Shown piece by piece: positions 1 to 8,742 of a stretch of 64,000 nucleotides of DNA. Origin of the DNA: a virus. The notes beneath the pieces were generated by a model. It did no database searches. It was not told the origin of the DNA and saw only the letters and a list, made by a program, of their open reading frames with translations. The position numbers and the translations under genes are program-made. The stretch lies in IMG/VR virus record IMGVR_UViG_3300010397_000003, positions 1 to 64,000 of that record; one strand, written 5' to 3'. How positions within the stretch are numbered: position 1 is the stretch's first letter; every line of letters begins with the position of its first letter.

Positions 1-136
1 AACACTAAAGAAGATTAACGCCTGGGCTTGCGTCTGCGATCGCTGTGGGTATTCATGGACTTCCCTCATCAAAGATCCAAAACGGTGCGGATCGCGTACC
101 TGTAAATCTCAATACTGGAACACCCCACGGACCCGT

Positions 137-358
137 TTACCCGCCGATAGGAAAGCCAAAGAGCCTCAGGCCAATTAGAACAAACAGCACGAAGATGAGC
201 AGGCTTCCACCAATCGGACGCCATGCGCGGCCATCTGGCGTTACTGCCGGCCATCCTGACCACAAACCGAAGATTAGCCAGAGGATTACCAAGAGCCAGT
301 AGAGAAGCCCGATCGGCACTGCGCCGCCGCTGCCCGCCAGTGTTAGTAGAATTGTCAT
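137..358 (-). CDS. small two-TM membrane protein (holin-like candidate)
   Basis: 73 aa, two hydrophobic segments, GGAGG RBS upstream. Confidence 0.6.
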   Translation of the reverse strand: MTILLTLAGSGGAVPIGLLYWLLVILWLIFGLWSGWPAVTPDGRAWRPIGGSLLIFVLFVLIGLRLFGFPIGG

Positions 359-413
359 TTACAACCTCCCGAATTCGCTTAATACTTATCTTCCAGTTCG
401 CGGAACTCAGCAA

Positions 414-671
414 TCACGGCTTCGGCTCTTTGTACTCGAAGTTCAGCGAATGCGGCCACGGCCCCTCGAATCCCTGACTCTCAAGCCAAACACGTTGCGC
501 TTTGAATACAGCGTCCTCGGCGGTGTTTAGTAGTTCTACCATCTTGTAGCCCGCGTCCTCGGACAGCTCCACCGTTCCCGGCGCAACAACGCGCTCACAA
601 AGGTATTCGAGAGTGCTGGCAATGCAGCCGCCGTTGAGGATGATTTTTTCCTTACAGGGAAGTCCACCCAT
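414..671 (-). CDS. hypothetical protein
   Basis: 85 aa ORF abutting upstream gene in operon. Confidence 0.55.
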   Translation of the reverse strand: MGGLPCKEKIILNGGCIASTLEYLCERVVAPGTVELSEDAGYKMVELLNTAEDAVFKAQRVWLESQGFEGPWPHSLNFEYKEPKP

Positions 672-672
672 C

Positions 673-1074
673 TTAGTTTCTCCCTCTCGCTGCTTGTTTT
701 TCGCGCATGTCCGAGACCTTCAAATCCGTCAATTCTCGCCGCTCGGTTTCCTTTGCTATCTCACGTTTCAAGTCCTCAACCTGTCTCGCGTGATCCGCAT
801 CACGAAGCAATAGCGTGGTACTCAGATTGGAAACTTGAACCTGAATCGTTACCAGCCCGGTAACCAACACGATTGCCAGCGTGACGATGATCGCCAACAA
901 AGGCCACGGAATAAAAACGCCTTTCGCCGCTTGTTGCGCTACCACTTGGGTCTCCTGATGAGGTAAAAACCACCGCTCCCAAAACGAGTCTTGATGCGAT
1001 TTTGGCATATTAGCCGCGTTGCTGTTTGTGGGAATGGCGCGTATCTGAGTGGCGATTGCTGCATTTGATTTCAT
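673..1074 (-). CDS. single-TM protein with C-terminal coiled coil
   Basis: TM segment WPLLAIIVTLAIVLVTGLV followed by charged heptads. Confidence 0.65.
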   Translation of the reverse strand: MKSNAAIATQIRAIPTNSNAANMPKSHQDSFWERWFLPHQETQVVAQQAAKGVFIPWPLLAIIVTLAIVLVTGLVTIQVQVSNLSTTLLLRDADHARQVEDLKREIAKETERRELTDLKVSDMREKQAARGRN

Positions 1075-1254
1075 GCGCTCATTTCACAAGATCGGAGTGT
1101 CAACCGGGTTGCGCTCGGGTTGTTTTTCTTTCCGCTTTTCTTGTTCCCCATCCGGGCTTTTGTTATCGTTCGCGCGCTGCGTCGCTTGAGCCTGAAAAGT
1201 TAGGCGACGTACGCGGTCGGCGGCGAGACTTTCGGGCCTCGTCGCCACCTCCGT

Positions 1255-1473
1255 TTACGCCTCAAAAACGTGCGTGCGATATTTTCTAACCAGCCGCGCA
1301 CCTTCGTAATAACGAAGCCTGCTGGCGAGCTTGTAGAGCCACAAGCGCATTCCTCGAATTCGCATCGCTTCAGGAAGAAGATTCGTTGCGCGTTCTTCGT
1401 TTACGTCTCCAGCAAGCGCCTTACATATCGCACTGAACACCTTTTGTCGTCTTGAAATCTTGGCTTTCCTCAT
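1255..1473 (-). CDS. hypothetical protein
   Basis: 72 aa ORF with AAGGAG RBS. Confidence 0.5.
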   Translation of the reverse strand: MRKAKISRRQKVFSAICKALAGDVNEERATNLLPEAMRIRGMRLWLYKLASRLRYYEGARLVRKYRTHVFEA

Positions 1474-1510
1474 GATGAAATTCTCCTTAACTTATCGATC
1501 CTATCAATCT

Positions 1511-1660
1511 TCACTCTTCTCGCCGTCTAGTAATCAACTGAAGGACTAAAAGTATCAAAGCAATCACGATCAGAACGTGAATAAGAACGCCGCCAAAATG
1601 AATAGCCCATCCGCATAGCCAGAGGACGATTAAGAGTGTTATCAGATACCAGAGGATCAT
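1511..1660 (-). CDS. lmo0937-family-like small membrane protein
   Basis: MILWYLITLLIVLWLCGWAIHFGGVLIHVLIVIALILLVLQLITRRR resembles the family pattern LWLxG..h.GGxLIHxLxVxA; start moved to ATG 1660. Confidence 0.7.
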   Translation of the reverse strand: MILWYLITLLIVLWLCGWAIHFGGVLIHVLIVIALILLVLQLITRRREE

Positions 1661-1664
1661 TGCT

Positions 1665-2072
1665 TTACCCCCTTCGCAGCGCCATGAAGATCGCAATCAA
1701 GCCCCCTAGTGACGCGATGATAGCGAAAATCATTAGAAGTCCATTCGTGCGGCCCTCATTCTTGTCTATACGAGACGCGAGAAATGTTATCTTCTCAGTA
1801 TTGCTTCTACTGGCCTGCTCTGCCTCCGTGCGAGGCATCAGCGTCCGCTCCCGGTCGTTCATAGCCCCACGCCACTCGTTTGCGCTTGCGCGCCATTTCT
1901 CCGCGTTCGTCTCAGCTACCGCAACCGCCTTTTCTGACGCTGCCAGCGCCGCCGCCACCGCTTCCTTCTGCGCCGTCAGAGCATCCTTGACCGCCTGCTC
2001 CTGGGCGATGAACCGCTGATCGTAATGGGCTTTGAGCGTCTCGACTGTCCATTGTGAATCTTCGCGGCCCAT
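1665..2072 (-). CDS. coiled-coil protein with C-terminal TM
   Basis: Ala/Glu-rich helix plus hydrophobic C-terminus. Confidence 0.65.
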   Translation of the reverse strand: MGREDSQWTVETLKAHYDQRFIAQEQAVKDALTAQKEAVAAALAASEKAVAVAETNAEKWRASANEWRGAMNDRERTLMPRTEAEQASRSNTEKITFLASRIDKNEGRTNGLLMIFAIIASLGGLIAIFMALRRG

Positions 2073-2084
2073 TCATATCTAGCC

Positions 2085-2567
2085 TCACTGAACCTTCATC
2101 GCGGCTTTCAATTCCGCAAGTCGATCACTCAACTCTTTCGCCGGATTTGCTGCCGGCCCGCCTACAGTTCGCGACGATCTGGGTGCAACACCGTAATAGA
2201 CCTTCGCGGCCTCGATTATGCCGCGCAAGATGTTTTCCACGTTCTGAAGTTTGGGACTCAGCTTGAAATGCCCGCGTCTTTCGATGTCGAAAAAGCGCAC
2301 CTCAAAGCGGGAGATCGCTTCCACCTTGCAAGGCTTCGACGTATCACAGGCTTTCAAATCAGTGGAAAGCGTTGCGGCCCCTTGCGCGAGATCGGAGAAG
2401 TCCTGAATTACTGCCTGCTTCTTGTCGCCCAGATTGAGCGAGTTTATGAGCGGCGTGCTTGCGGCGAGAATCAGTCGAAGCTGGCTTGCGAAGTCACTGG
2501 CACCGCAGTTGGCGAGTACCAGGATCGTGATTAGTGCGAATGCGTGAATGGATCGACGGTTAAGCAT
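2085..2567 (-). CDS. putative lipoprotein
   Basis: MLNRRSIHAFALITILVLANC: signal peptide with lipobox-like LANC. Confidence 0.6.
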   Translation of the reverse strand: MLNRRSIHAFALITILVLANCGASDFASQLRLILAASTPLINSLNLGDKKQAVIQDFSDLAQGAATLSTDLKACDTSKPCKVEAISRFEVRFFDIERRGHFKLSPKLQNVENILRGIIEAAKVYYGVAPRSSRTVGGPAANPAKELSDRLAELKAAMKVQ

Positions 2568-2844
2568 ACGCGCCTCTTTCGATGTAAATGGTTTGGCGTA
2601 GATTAAATACGCGCCCCGCGCCAACTTTGAACGGGTTATCGGGAGAATTCTTGAGGATTGACGCTATGCTGCCGTCCGGCCAGTAAACAATCTTGCCATC
2701 AAACCACGCTTGCAGCGCCTGGGTGTCATCATGAACCCCGTCGCCGTAGAGAACGTAACGCTTCCCACCAAAAAGAGTCGCTGGCGCAAGAGCTACAGCC
2801 GCCGCAACCAACGCGCTCGTGCAAATAAACGATCTGCGATTCAC
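2560..2844 (-). CDS. small twin-arginine-signal protein with GDGxxDDT motif
   Basis: GTG start after AAGGAG; NRRSFI Tat-like signal; GDGVHDDTQALQ is the pectate-lyase-3 N-terminal motif. Confidence 0.55.
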   Translation of the reverse strand: MNRRSFICTSALVAAAVALAPATLFGGKRYVLYGDGVHDDTQALQAWFDGKIVYWPDGSIASILKNSPDNPFKVGAGRVFNLRQTIYIERGAYA

Positions 2845-2934
2845 AGAAATCTCCTTTACAGGGATATTAAGACGATTGATCACCGTCTTAGAGGATAGCT
2901 TTTGTGGTTTATTTACGTTCGCTGGAAGGTTAGA

Positions 2935-2971
2935 AAACACAAACAGCCTCGATCCTTTTAGACCGAAGCTG
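2935..2971 (-). terminator. intrinsic terminator
   Basis: minus strand CAGCTTCGGTC...GATCGAGGCTG hairpin followed by TTTGTGTTTT. Confidence 0.6.
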
Positions 2972-3228
2972 CCTGCGTGAATTGGCGACAGCCCTGACCA
3001 CGCTTACTCGGTTGGGCGATATGGCCGACCATTTCTGGCCGTGGCTTTTCCATGTACTCTAGCTCGCGGATCGCCTTGGAGACTGATTGCTCAGTAGTAC
3101 ACGCTCGCTGATTTAAGGACTGCCGGGCCTTTCGGCCAGCGCTTGAAAAGAACTAACGACTGAGGCTTGATGAATTACGCGCGGCTAGCACCAAGCACGA
3201 GACGTTTGCGACTCTCTCAGACGCAAAG
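2972..3228 (-). ncRNA. candidate structured ncRNA
   Basis: no credible ORF; three GNRA-capped hairpins on minus strand; extended -10 TGGTAAAAT upstream; terminator downstream. Confidence 0.5.
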
Positions 3229-3419
3229 ACATTTTACCACGACTCTCTACCTCACCACGCTCCGCCGCCAAAGCAACAGCTTCCACCATCGCGTACCGCG
3301 CACAGTTCCGAAACGACGAACGATCCAACCGGCATCCCAAAGGTCTTTGCGCCAAGTGTGAATGTCGGTAATTGCGATTGGGCCGATGCGAAGATTGATC
3401 GTCATTTTGGTCTACCTCA

Positions 3420-3761
3420 TTACTCGCCGTCGCAAAACTTACTTTGTCGGCATGGGCCGCACCGCATTCTATCAGGGAACCGCTCGCCGTACATATCAAC
3501 CGGCGGCGATACCAAGTGTCCGCATTCTAGTTTCCAGCGGGGCGCTCGCACCATCATGCCGTCATCATCCAACCCGAGATTAGTGAACTCCTCGGTGCTT
3601 ACCACGGCCCGCAACGGAGCATTCCGAAGTCCGATACGCTTCGCTTCGCCGGCCTCCATTCGGGCATCACGTTCCGGGTTAGGCTTTAACAGGCCAAGGT
3701 CTGTCGCCTTCTGAACCATTCGCCTATGTTCTTTTATTCCGCTCATGTTTCGTTCCTCCAA
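3420..3761 (-). CDS. hypothetical Zn-binding protein
   Basis: LECGH...CGPC motif. Confidence 0.55.
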   Translation of the reverse strand: MEERNMSGIKEHRRMVQKATDLGLLKPNPERDARMEAGEAKRIGLRNAPLRAVVSTEEFTNLGLDDDGMMVRAPRWKLECGHLVSPPVDMYGERFPDRMRCGPCRQSKFCDGE

Positions 3762-3775
3762 CCTGATGGAGTCAC

Positions 3776-4069
3776 CTACCGGACACTTTCGTTTTCTCTG
3801 AACTTACTTTGCGGGTTTCTTCTTCTTTGGGCGTCCGCCCGGAACCGCTCCGCGCTTTCGATTCCAGTGCGGATCGTAATTCCATGAACAGCAAGCATAT
3901 CGCTCTCCCTCGCTAATTCCTGTCGAAGCCACGCCTTGATTGCCTCATGCCGTTTCCAGAACCGCTCCTTGTTGCCGTAATACCATCCGGTCTGTTCGCA
4001 GTCGTCCGCGTAACTCGCAATCTGAGCAAGCATCGTCGCGCTAAGTTTCAGCCGCTTTTTTGATTTCAT
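3776..4069 (-). CDS. hypothetical protein, paralog of 29637..29879
   Basis: shared LKLSxTMLAQIAxYAxDCExxGWYYGNxxxFWKRHxAIKAWLxQE; start reassigned to ATG 4069. Confidence 0.75.
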   Translation of the reverse strand: MKSKKRLKLSATMLAQIASYADDCEQTGWYYGNKERFWKRHEAIKAWLRQELARESDMLAVHGITIRTGIESAERFRADAQRRRNPQSKFRENESVR

Positions 4070-4095
4070 GATAGCCACTCTGTTCTTCTCCTTTT

Positions 4096-4150
4096 GCGAG
4101 CAATAGCGAGCGGTCGTCTGTGAATGCTGGTCGTCTCGCCAGGTCTGGGT
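4096..4150 (+). repeat. cassette arm type A (partial)
   Basis: GCGAGCAATAGCGAGCGGTCGTC...GGTCGTC, same subtype as arms at 12425 and 33377. Confidence 0.5.
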
Positions 4151-4337
4151 TCTTATTTTTATGATCCTATAAATCGAAAGAGAAAGCCGATCCACCTCCA
4201 AAGTAGATCGGCCCTTGCTAAAACTAACCACAGATTGTGTTGGGAAACGCATTAAATCTACTGAGTACCTGATCGACATGTGATACGCATATTGACTCCT
4301 TTGTTTGATTTGATTTCAGCATAACTAGTTTGTGGAC

Positions 4338-5321
4338 TTACGCCGCTACGGGTTTGGCTCTGTAATCCTCAGTCGGAGGTTTGATCGTGATCTTCGGCAT
4401 TGGCTTGTCTGTGCGCACCCATTCGGACACTCGGCCGCCGCGGGCCTGATCTGGTTTCCACTGTTGAGGCTGCTTGATGAAATAGCCGTCAGTTTGAAGA
4501 TTAAGCATTACGCGGCGAACCTCTGAAACCGGAAGGAAAGTAAACTCTGACATGAGGCTGTCCGTGTTGTAGCCCTTCTCCCAGGCGTAGAGCAACGCTT
4601 CCTCTGCGGCCTCGATAAACAATCCGTCGTGGCGTTCGAGCAGTTGCACGATTATCTCCAGAATATCATCCGCACAACGGGTATCGGGACACCTCAACCG
4701 GAGGGCATCAAGCGTAGGGTGCGCGTCAAAGTGAAGCCAGTTAGCCATCGCTTTGCGCTTCTCGCCGCCTATGGACTCAACAAAAGCCTTTCGCGCCGCG
4801 CTTCGGGTTTCCTTAATTTCCTCAACCGCTTTGCGGGCATCCGCGACCGAGAAAAAAGGGTTGTCTGCTTTCTTCTGCGCAAACACCTCCAACGCTTCTT
4901 CAGCGTCGGGCGCTCGCAGGGCTTGCTCGTAAAATCCCTTCTCCGTCAGGTCTGCGAATTTCTGATCGATCAGAAATTTCCCAAGCGTGTCGATAATTTG
5001 GGCGTTACGGTAAATCGTTGAACGGCTCTGGCCCTTTAAGTACGCTTCCTTGTCAACCGCCGCGACCACGCCCACGTCATCGCCTTTGGACTCAAGGCGC
5101 TTGAACATCTCAGAATCACAAGCGCACTCGACCACCCAAGCCCATGTTCCAACCTCTCGCGCCTTGTCGCGTATCTCTTTAATCTCTTCCGGTTCAAGTT
5201 CAGGAAGGAGCAGCAGCAACGAGTCACGGGTCTGTTCGAGACTGTTTGCGCCGTGAATGATTTCGGCCAAGGCTTCAGTTACGCGGGTCTTACGTGGTTT
5301 TGGTTTTAAGGCTGCTGACAC
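4338..5321 (-). CDS. hypothetical helical protein, possible C-terminal winged helix
   Basis: 327 aa ORF, AGGAG RBS with GTG start. Confidence 0.7.
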   Translation of the reverse strand: MSAALKPKPRKTRVTEALAEIIHGANSLEQTRDSLLLLLPELEPEEIKEIRDKAREVGTWAWVVECACDSEMFKRLESKGDDVGVVAAVDKEAYLKGQSRSTIYRNAQIIDTLGKFLIDQKFADLTEKGFYEQALRAPDAEEALEVFAQKKADNPFFSVADARKAVEEIKETRSAARKAFVESIGGEKRKAMANWLHFDAHPTLDALRLRCPDTRCADDILEIIVQLLERHDGLFIEAAEEALLYAWEKGYNTDSLMSEFTFLPVSEVRRVMLNLQTDGYFIKQPQQWKPDQARGGRVSEWVRTDKPMPKITIKPPTEDYRAKPVAA

Positions 5322-5349
5322 AGGGGTTGCTCCTATTCAAACTGTTTCT

Positions 5350-5500
5350 ATTTCCATTAATCAACTCCCATGAACTTTCGCGGCTTACTTAATTGCGAAT
5401 TTCAGGCTGCCCTTGCGGACAATTCGAGGCTCATTCCAAGCCCGACCTTGAGCGTGTTGATAGCGGCGTTAACGTCTCTATCGTGCTCGGCTCCACAATG
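5350..5500 (-). ncRNA. putative TnpB omegaRNA (scaffold ending TTCAT plus guide)
   Basis: TnpB omegaRNAs overlap the gene 3' end; TTCGC..GCGAA stem then GTTCAT right-end-like motif; 5' boundary is a guess. Confidence 0.45.
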
Positions 5501-6454
5501 AGCACACGTCCAAAGTCTTACCTTCAAGCCTGCCCATCCGCTCGGCCCGGAAAGAGCGCCGCACGTCGAACAAGTCTTGGTGGAATTTCGTGACGGCACT
5601 TCGATGTACTCACGACCGCCTGCACGGCACTTGTACGCGAGCATAGATCGAAGCTGTCCGTGGCTACTTGATGCGACGGACTTGCCGAACTTCTTTGCGA
5701 TGTTTTTATGATTGTCTGCGCTGAAGGCGATTAACTGATTCTCGGAAACCAATCGTCGCGACAACTTGTGATTGCGATCCTTGCGCTGATTCGCAATTCG
5801 CTCGTGTAGTCTCGCAACCTGTTTGCGGTTAACGCCTCGCTGGGCCTGCGCCAATCGCAACGCGGAGGCTTCTAATTCTCGTGGGTGCGACATCTTCTCG
5901 CCTGACGATAGTGCGAGCAAATCCTTAAAGCCAGGGTCGATACCTATCTCTGAATCAGAGACGTGCGGAATCGCGTTTGGTTCCGCATCTATGAATAGAC
6001 ACAGATACCAGCCGCTTGCGCGCTTAACGATTCGGCCGCATTTGACTTTACCTTCAGGGACTTCCTGTTTGTGGTGGCGGATGCGCCCCAGAGTCGGGAT
6101 GCTTATGCGGCGATCGGGCCATCGCTTTACCGGATCGATTAGCGGAATACTGTTGAGTCGATTGCGGAATCCTTTGAGTCGCGGCCTGCGAGCAATACCC
6201 TTGAAGCATCGAGACCACGCGAGGTACGCATCGGCCAAGATCCCTTGAAGCACGTGACTTGGAATCTCCACCTTCTGGGAATGGTTCGCCAGAAGATTCT
6301 GAAAGGCTTTCGGCGTATAGAACACCCGGTCACGAGCGTCGTTCTCGATCTTTTTTACGCCCCAGTTCCACACGGCGGTTAGATGGCAAAGCCAGCGGTT
6401 AAGCTGGCGCTCTTGCCGCGGAGTGAGTTTCAGTTTTAACTGAACCTGAACCAT
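5402..6454 (-). CDS. tnpB: TnpB-family RNA-guided endonuclease (solo, no TnpA)
   Basis: N-terminal HTH, RuvC-I IGIDPG, Zn finger CSTCG..CAHCG, RuvC-III DRDVNAA; RuvC-II reads LIAFSADN, lacking the usual Glu. Confidence 0.9.
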   Translation of the reverse strand: MVQVQLKLKLTPRQERQLNRWLCHLTAVWNWGVKKIENDARDRVFYTPKAFQNLLANHSQKVEIPSHVLQGILADAYLAWSRCFKGIARRPRLKGFRNRLNSIPLIDPVKRWPDRRISIPTLGRIRHHKQEVPEGKVKCGRIVKRASGWYLCLFIDAEPNAIPHVSDSEIGIDPGFKDLLALSSGEKMSHPRELEASALRLAQAQRGVNRKQVARLHERIANQRKDRNHKLSRRLVSENQLIAFSADNHKNIAKKFGKSVASSSHGQLRSMLAYKCRAGGREYIEVPSRNSTKTCSTCGALSGPSGWAGLKVRLWTCAHCGAEHDRDVNAAINTLKVGLGMSLELSARAA

Positions 6455-6515
6455 GTGAAACTATCTTATTTTACAACACTTTAGCGAGAGATTGGAGAAC
6501 TTTGTTCAACTCCCT

Positions 6516-6764
6516 TCAACACGTCTCGCAATAGGCTATGCGGCCTCTGTGCGTCAGAATCCAGCCGTGAATCGTCATCGGGAATTGTCCGCCCAATGTG
6601 AATTCGACGGCATCCACCAATCCCTTTTCTTGCATTGCGTCGAGAATCTTGGCCTTCGATTGGAAACAGCGCGGCAGACTCTTGTGATAGAACGCTTGCG
6701 CAATCTCAGAAGCGAACATCTTTTCGAGCATCTTCATTTCTGCTTTCGTGATCGTGTCTGCCAT
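6516..6764 (-). CDS. hypothetical protein (winged-helix-like)
   Basis: 82 aa, ends in WILTHRG motif. Confidence 0.6.
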   Translation of the reverse strand: MADTITKAEMKMLEKMFASEIAQAFYHKSLPRCFQSKAKILDAMQEKGLVDAVEFTLGGQFPMTIHGWILTHRGRIAYCETC

Positions 6765-6777
6765 TACCTAAACTCCC

Positions 6778-7071
6778 TCAACCCGCAACCTCAATTCCAA
6801 GCGCTGCGAATGCGTCAGCTAAAGTCTCAACTTTGAAGATCGGATAGCCCGCCCATTTCTCCGCAAACTCCTTCTGGCCGGGACGCAGTTTTCGTGCGCT
6901 TGGCTTCTTCGCGCCGTCCTTCAATTCAAAAAGCACCAAACGTTGACGGTGACCCACAAGAAGATCGGGGATTCCTTTGCCGCCTAACTTCTGAACCTTG
7001 ACGCCGATCTTCTCTAAGGCGCTCACGATTGCCTTCTCGTTGGCATCTTTTCTGTGAACCGCGTAACGCAT
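6778..7071 (-). CDS. VRR-NUC / PD-(D/E)XK nuclease
   Basis: DANEKAI, GIPDLLVG, FELK, LRPGQ motifs. Confidence 0.8.
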   Translation of the reverse strand: MRYAVHRKDANEKAIVSALEKIGVKVQKLGGKGIPDLLVGHRQRLVLFELKDGAKKPSARKLRPGQKEFAEKWAGYPIFKVETLADAFAALGIEVAG

Positions 7072-7401
7072 CTATTTCGTTTCGATTGCTGCTAGAGCAG
7101 CTAGACAGATTGCTTTGGGGAAGGTTTCGGCTTCAATCCATTCATTGTGCAAACCGTCTGTTAGTCCGTCTTTTAGAAATTGCGCAAACCACCGCCTTTG
7201 TCCGTTACGCTGGATTAAATAGTCCGACATGAAGTGGAGTCCTGGCGCGGCGATCTTCTCGACTACTTCCATTGCTGCGGAGATGTCCGTGGAGTAGCGT
7301 GGGAGTATTGACGCGCCCACCTTATCCGCGCCAGTCATCCAGTCCCAACCCATTACCTTCACGCCAATCTGCTTATCTAATTCTCGATCTTCCATCTCCA
7401 C
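7072..7401 (-). CDS. phage ABA-sandwich-domain-like protein
   Basis: RELDxxIxxKVMGW...PRYSTDISAAMEVVEK...AICLAAL. Confidence 0.7.
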   Translation of the reverse strand: MEMEDRELDKQIGVKVMGWDWMTGADKVGASILPRYSTDISAAMEVVEKIAAPGLHFMSDYLIQRNGQRRWFAQFLKDGLTDGLHNEWIEAETFPKAICLAALAAIETK

Positions 7402-7407
7402 CTCTTT

Positions 7408-7530
7408 GCGAGCGAGCCACGAAACTACATCGAAACGGGCGTCGCTGAATTACCGTTGCTTTCAGAAAATAAATTCATTTCTGTTAATGAGAACCAGAAC
7501 CCTTCTAACTTTGTCGTCACGGTCTCCGTT
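7408..7530. repeat. back-to-back cassette arms (A on +, B on -) sharing AATTC core
   Basis: GAGCC-N38-TGCTTTCA, core 7472..7476, then CTGTTAATGAGAACCAGAACCCTTC. Confidence 0.65.
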
Positions 7531-7556
7531 TTCTCGCTCTGGTACGGCGTCCGATG

Positions 7557-7733
7557 CTAATCCTGATCATCAATCCAAAGCTGCGCGTTATCCCGCGCTT
7601 CGTCTTTATCTTCGCCGCGCGCATCGTGAACGCTGTTCTGTAGTTCGTCGTGAACGAAGCCCCACCATTCGCCCGCACGCTCTTGAAGGTCGATGTAGTA
7701 ACCGCGATAGTATTCCCACTGTTCGCCGTTCAT
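7557..7733 (-). CDS. small acidic protein (58 aa, below ORF-track cutoff)
   Basis: hand translation MNGEQWEYYRGYYIDLQERAGEWWGFVHDE...; ATGA coupling to upstream gene. Confidence 0.55.
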   Translation of the reverse strand: MNGEQWEYYRGYYIDLQERAGEWWGFVHDELQNSVHDARGEDKDEARDNAQLWIDDQD

Positions 7734-7936
7734 GGTCTTGCTTCCTTGGCTACGCGCCGACCCTTAGCCGTCAATCGCGCGATTTCGATTATTCCCGGCA
7801 CGCCAAGCCGCTCAATAAATCCTTGCGACATGCAATAGCGATAGCCTTTGGTTTTTGATGGCGGCAGAACAAGTCCTTTGCCCGGCTCACATTTCGCCAA
7901 CTCAATAAGTAGTTGCTTCCAGTTCTCGATTGCCAT
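7730..7936 (-). CDS. hypothetical protein
   Basis: MAIENWKQLL..., GAGG RBS. Confidence 0.5.
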   Translation of the reverse strand: MAIENWKQLLIELAKCEPGKGLVLPPSKTKGYRYCMSQGFIERLGVPGIIEIARLTAKGRRVAKEARP

Positions 7937-7946
7937 CTCTTTCCTC

Positions 7947-8168
7947 TCAGATACCCCGAAGCGCAGCGTCTTTGAAATGAACGTGGCCGCATTCACAAAC
8001 ACATTTCACCGTCTTAGCGGCGTGCGGTGTGAATTGTTCACACTTATCACACCATTGCACCTCTGCCGCACATTCGGCAGTCACCGCGCCCTTTGATGGC
8101 GTCCCGCACGTCACGCAGTTCAAGAAATGCGAATAGCGCGGCTGGCGTTTGGTTCTAGCCATTCTCAC
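7947..8168 (-). CDS. small Cys-rich Zn-finger protein
   Basis: CxxC x2 and CxCxCGH. Confidence 0.55.
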   Translation of the reverse strand: MRMARTKRQPRYSHFLNCVTCGTPSKGAVTAECAAEVQWCDKCEQFTPHAAKTVKCVCECGHVHFKDAALRGI

Positions 8169-8210
8169 TTCACCTCAAAAAGAAAAGGCCCGAATAAATT
8201 CAAATCAAAA

Positions 8211-8262
8211 TCATTCAGTTTCATGCTACCCAGAACCCTTCCTGCTTATGTTCTAAATCCCC
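8211..8262 (-). repeat. cassette arm type B
   Basis: CCAGAACCCTTCCTGCTTA resembles 11930..11965; the MTase ORF ends inside it. Confidence 0.5.
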
Positions 8263-8742
8263 GCTAACCGCGCTGGTGGGTTGTGTGTTGCGTAACACGA
8301 ACGCAGCGATGTGCCGCCCTGTCCCTTTTCCCGGTTTGTGATCTTCGATTGAAAGCCAGCGCACGTCGCCCAGGTTCCGCACCGTGGATCCAATCGTTTC
8401 CAGAATCATCAGCACCCACTTATCAACCGGATAGACCAAGACCACCGTTTTGCCCTTCTTGTGTTCCTCGATTGCTTTGCGAACCCACGCAGTCGGGCCT
8501 TTCTTCTTACCGTTATGAATGATCGAACCGAACGGCGGGTTGACGTAGTTTGATTCGCCCCATTCGCATGTAAGCCCGTCAAAGTTCTCCGGCAACGGAT
8601 ACGGACACGGATCAAACGTGAATCGAAACTCCGCGTTCAAAGCCTCATACAACTCCGGCGGTGTGAGCCAATAATGCTTTCCGTCGTCACTGTTGCCGAC
8701 GTGAAACTTGTTTGCCTCCGGCTGTAGTTGACTTTGGTGCAT
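8221..8742 (-). CDS. phage DNA N6-adenine methyltransferase (Dam-type)
   Basis: WLTPP, FTFDPC, YVNPPF motifs. Confidence 0.85.
   Translation of the reverse strand: MHQSQLQPEANKFHVGNSDDGKHYWLTPPELYEALNAEFRFTFDPCPYPLPENFDGLTCEWGESNYVNPPFGSIIHNGKKKGPTAWVRKAIEEHKKGKTVVLVYPVDKWVLMILETIGSTVRNLGDVRWLSIEDHKPGKGTGRHIAAFVLRNTQPTSAVSGDLEHKQEGFWVA

Noticed and set aside
1090-1260. Possible third repeat family with 3765..3860 and 11990..12025
   Set aside because: Only short matches (CCGGT..ACTCC, GCGTCGCTTGA); cannot be supported by eye
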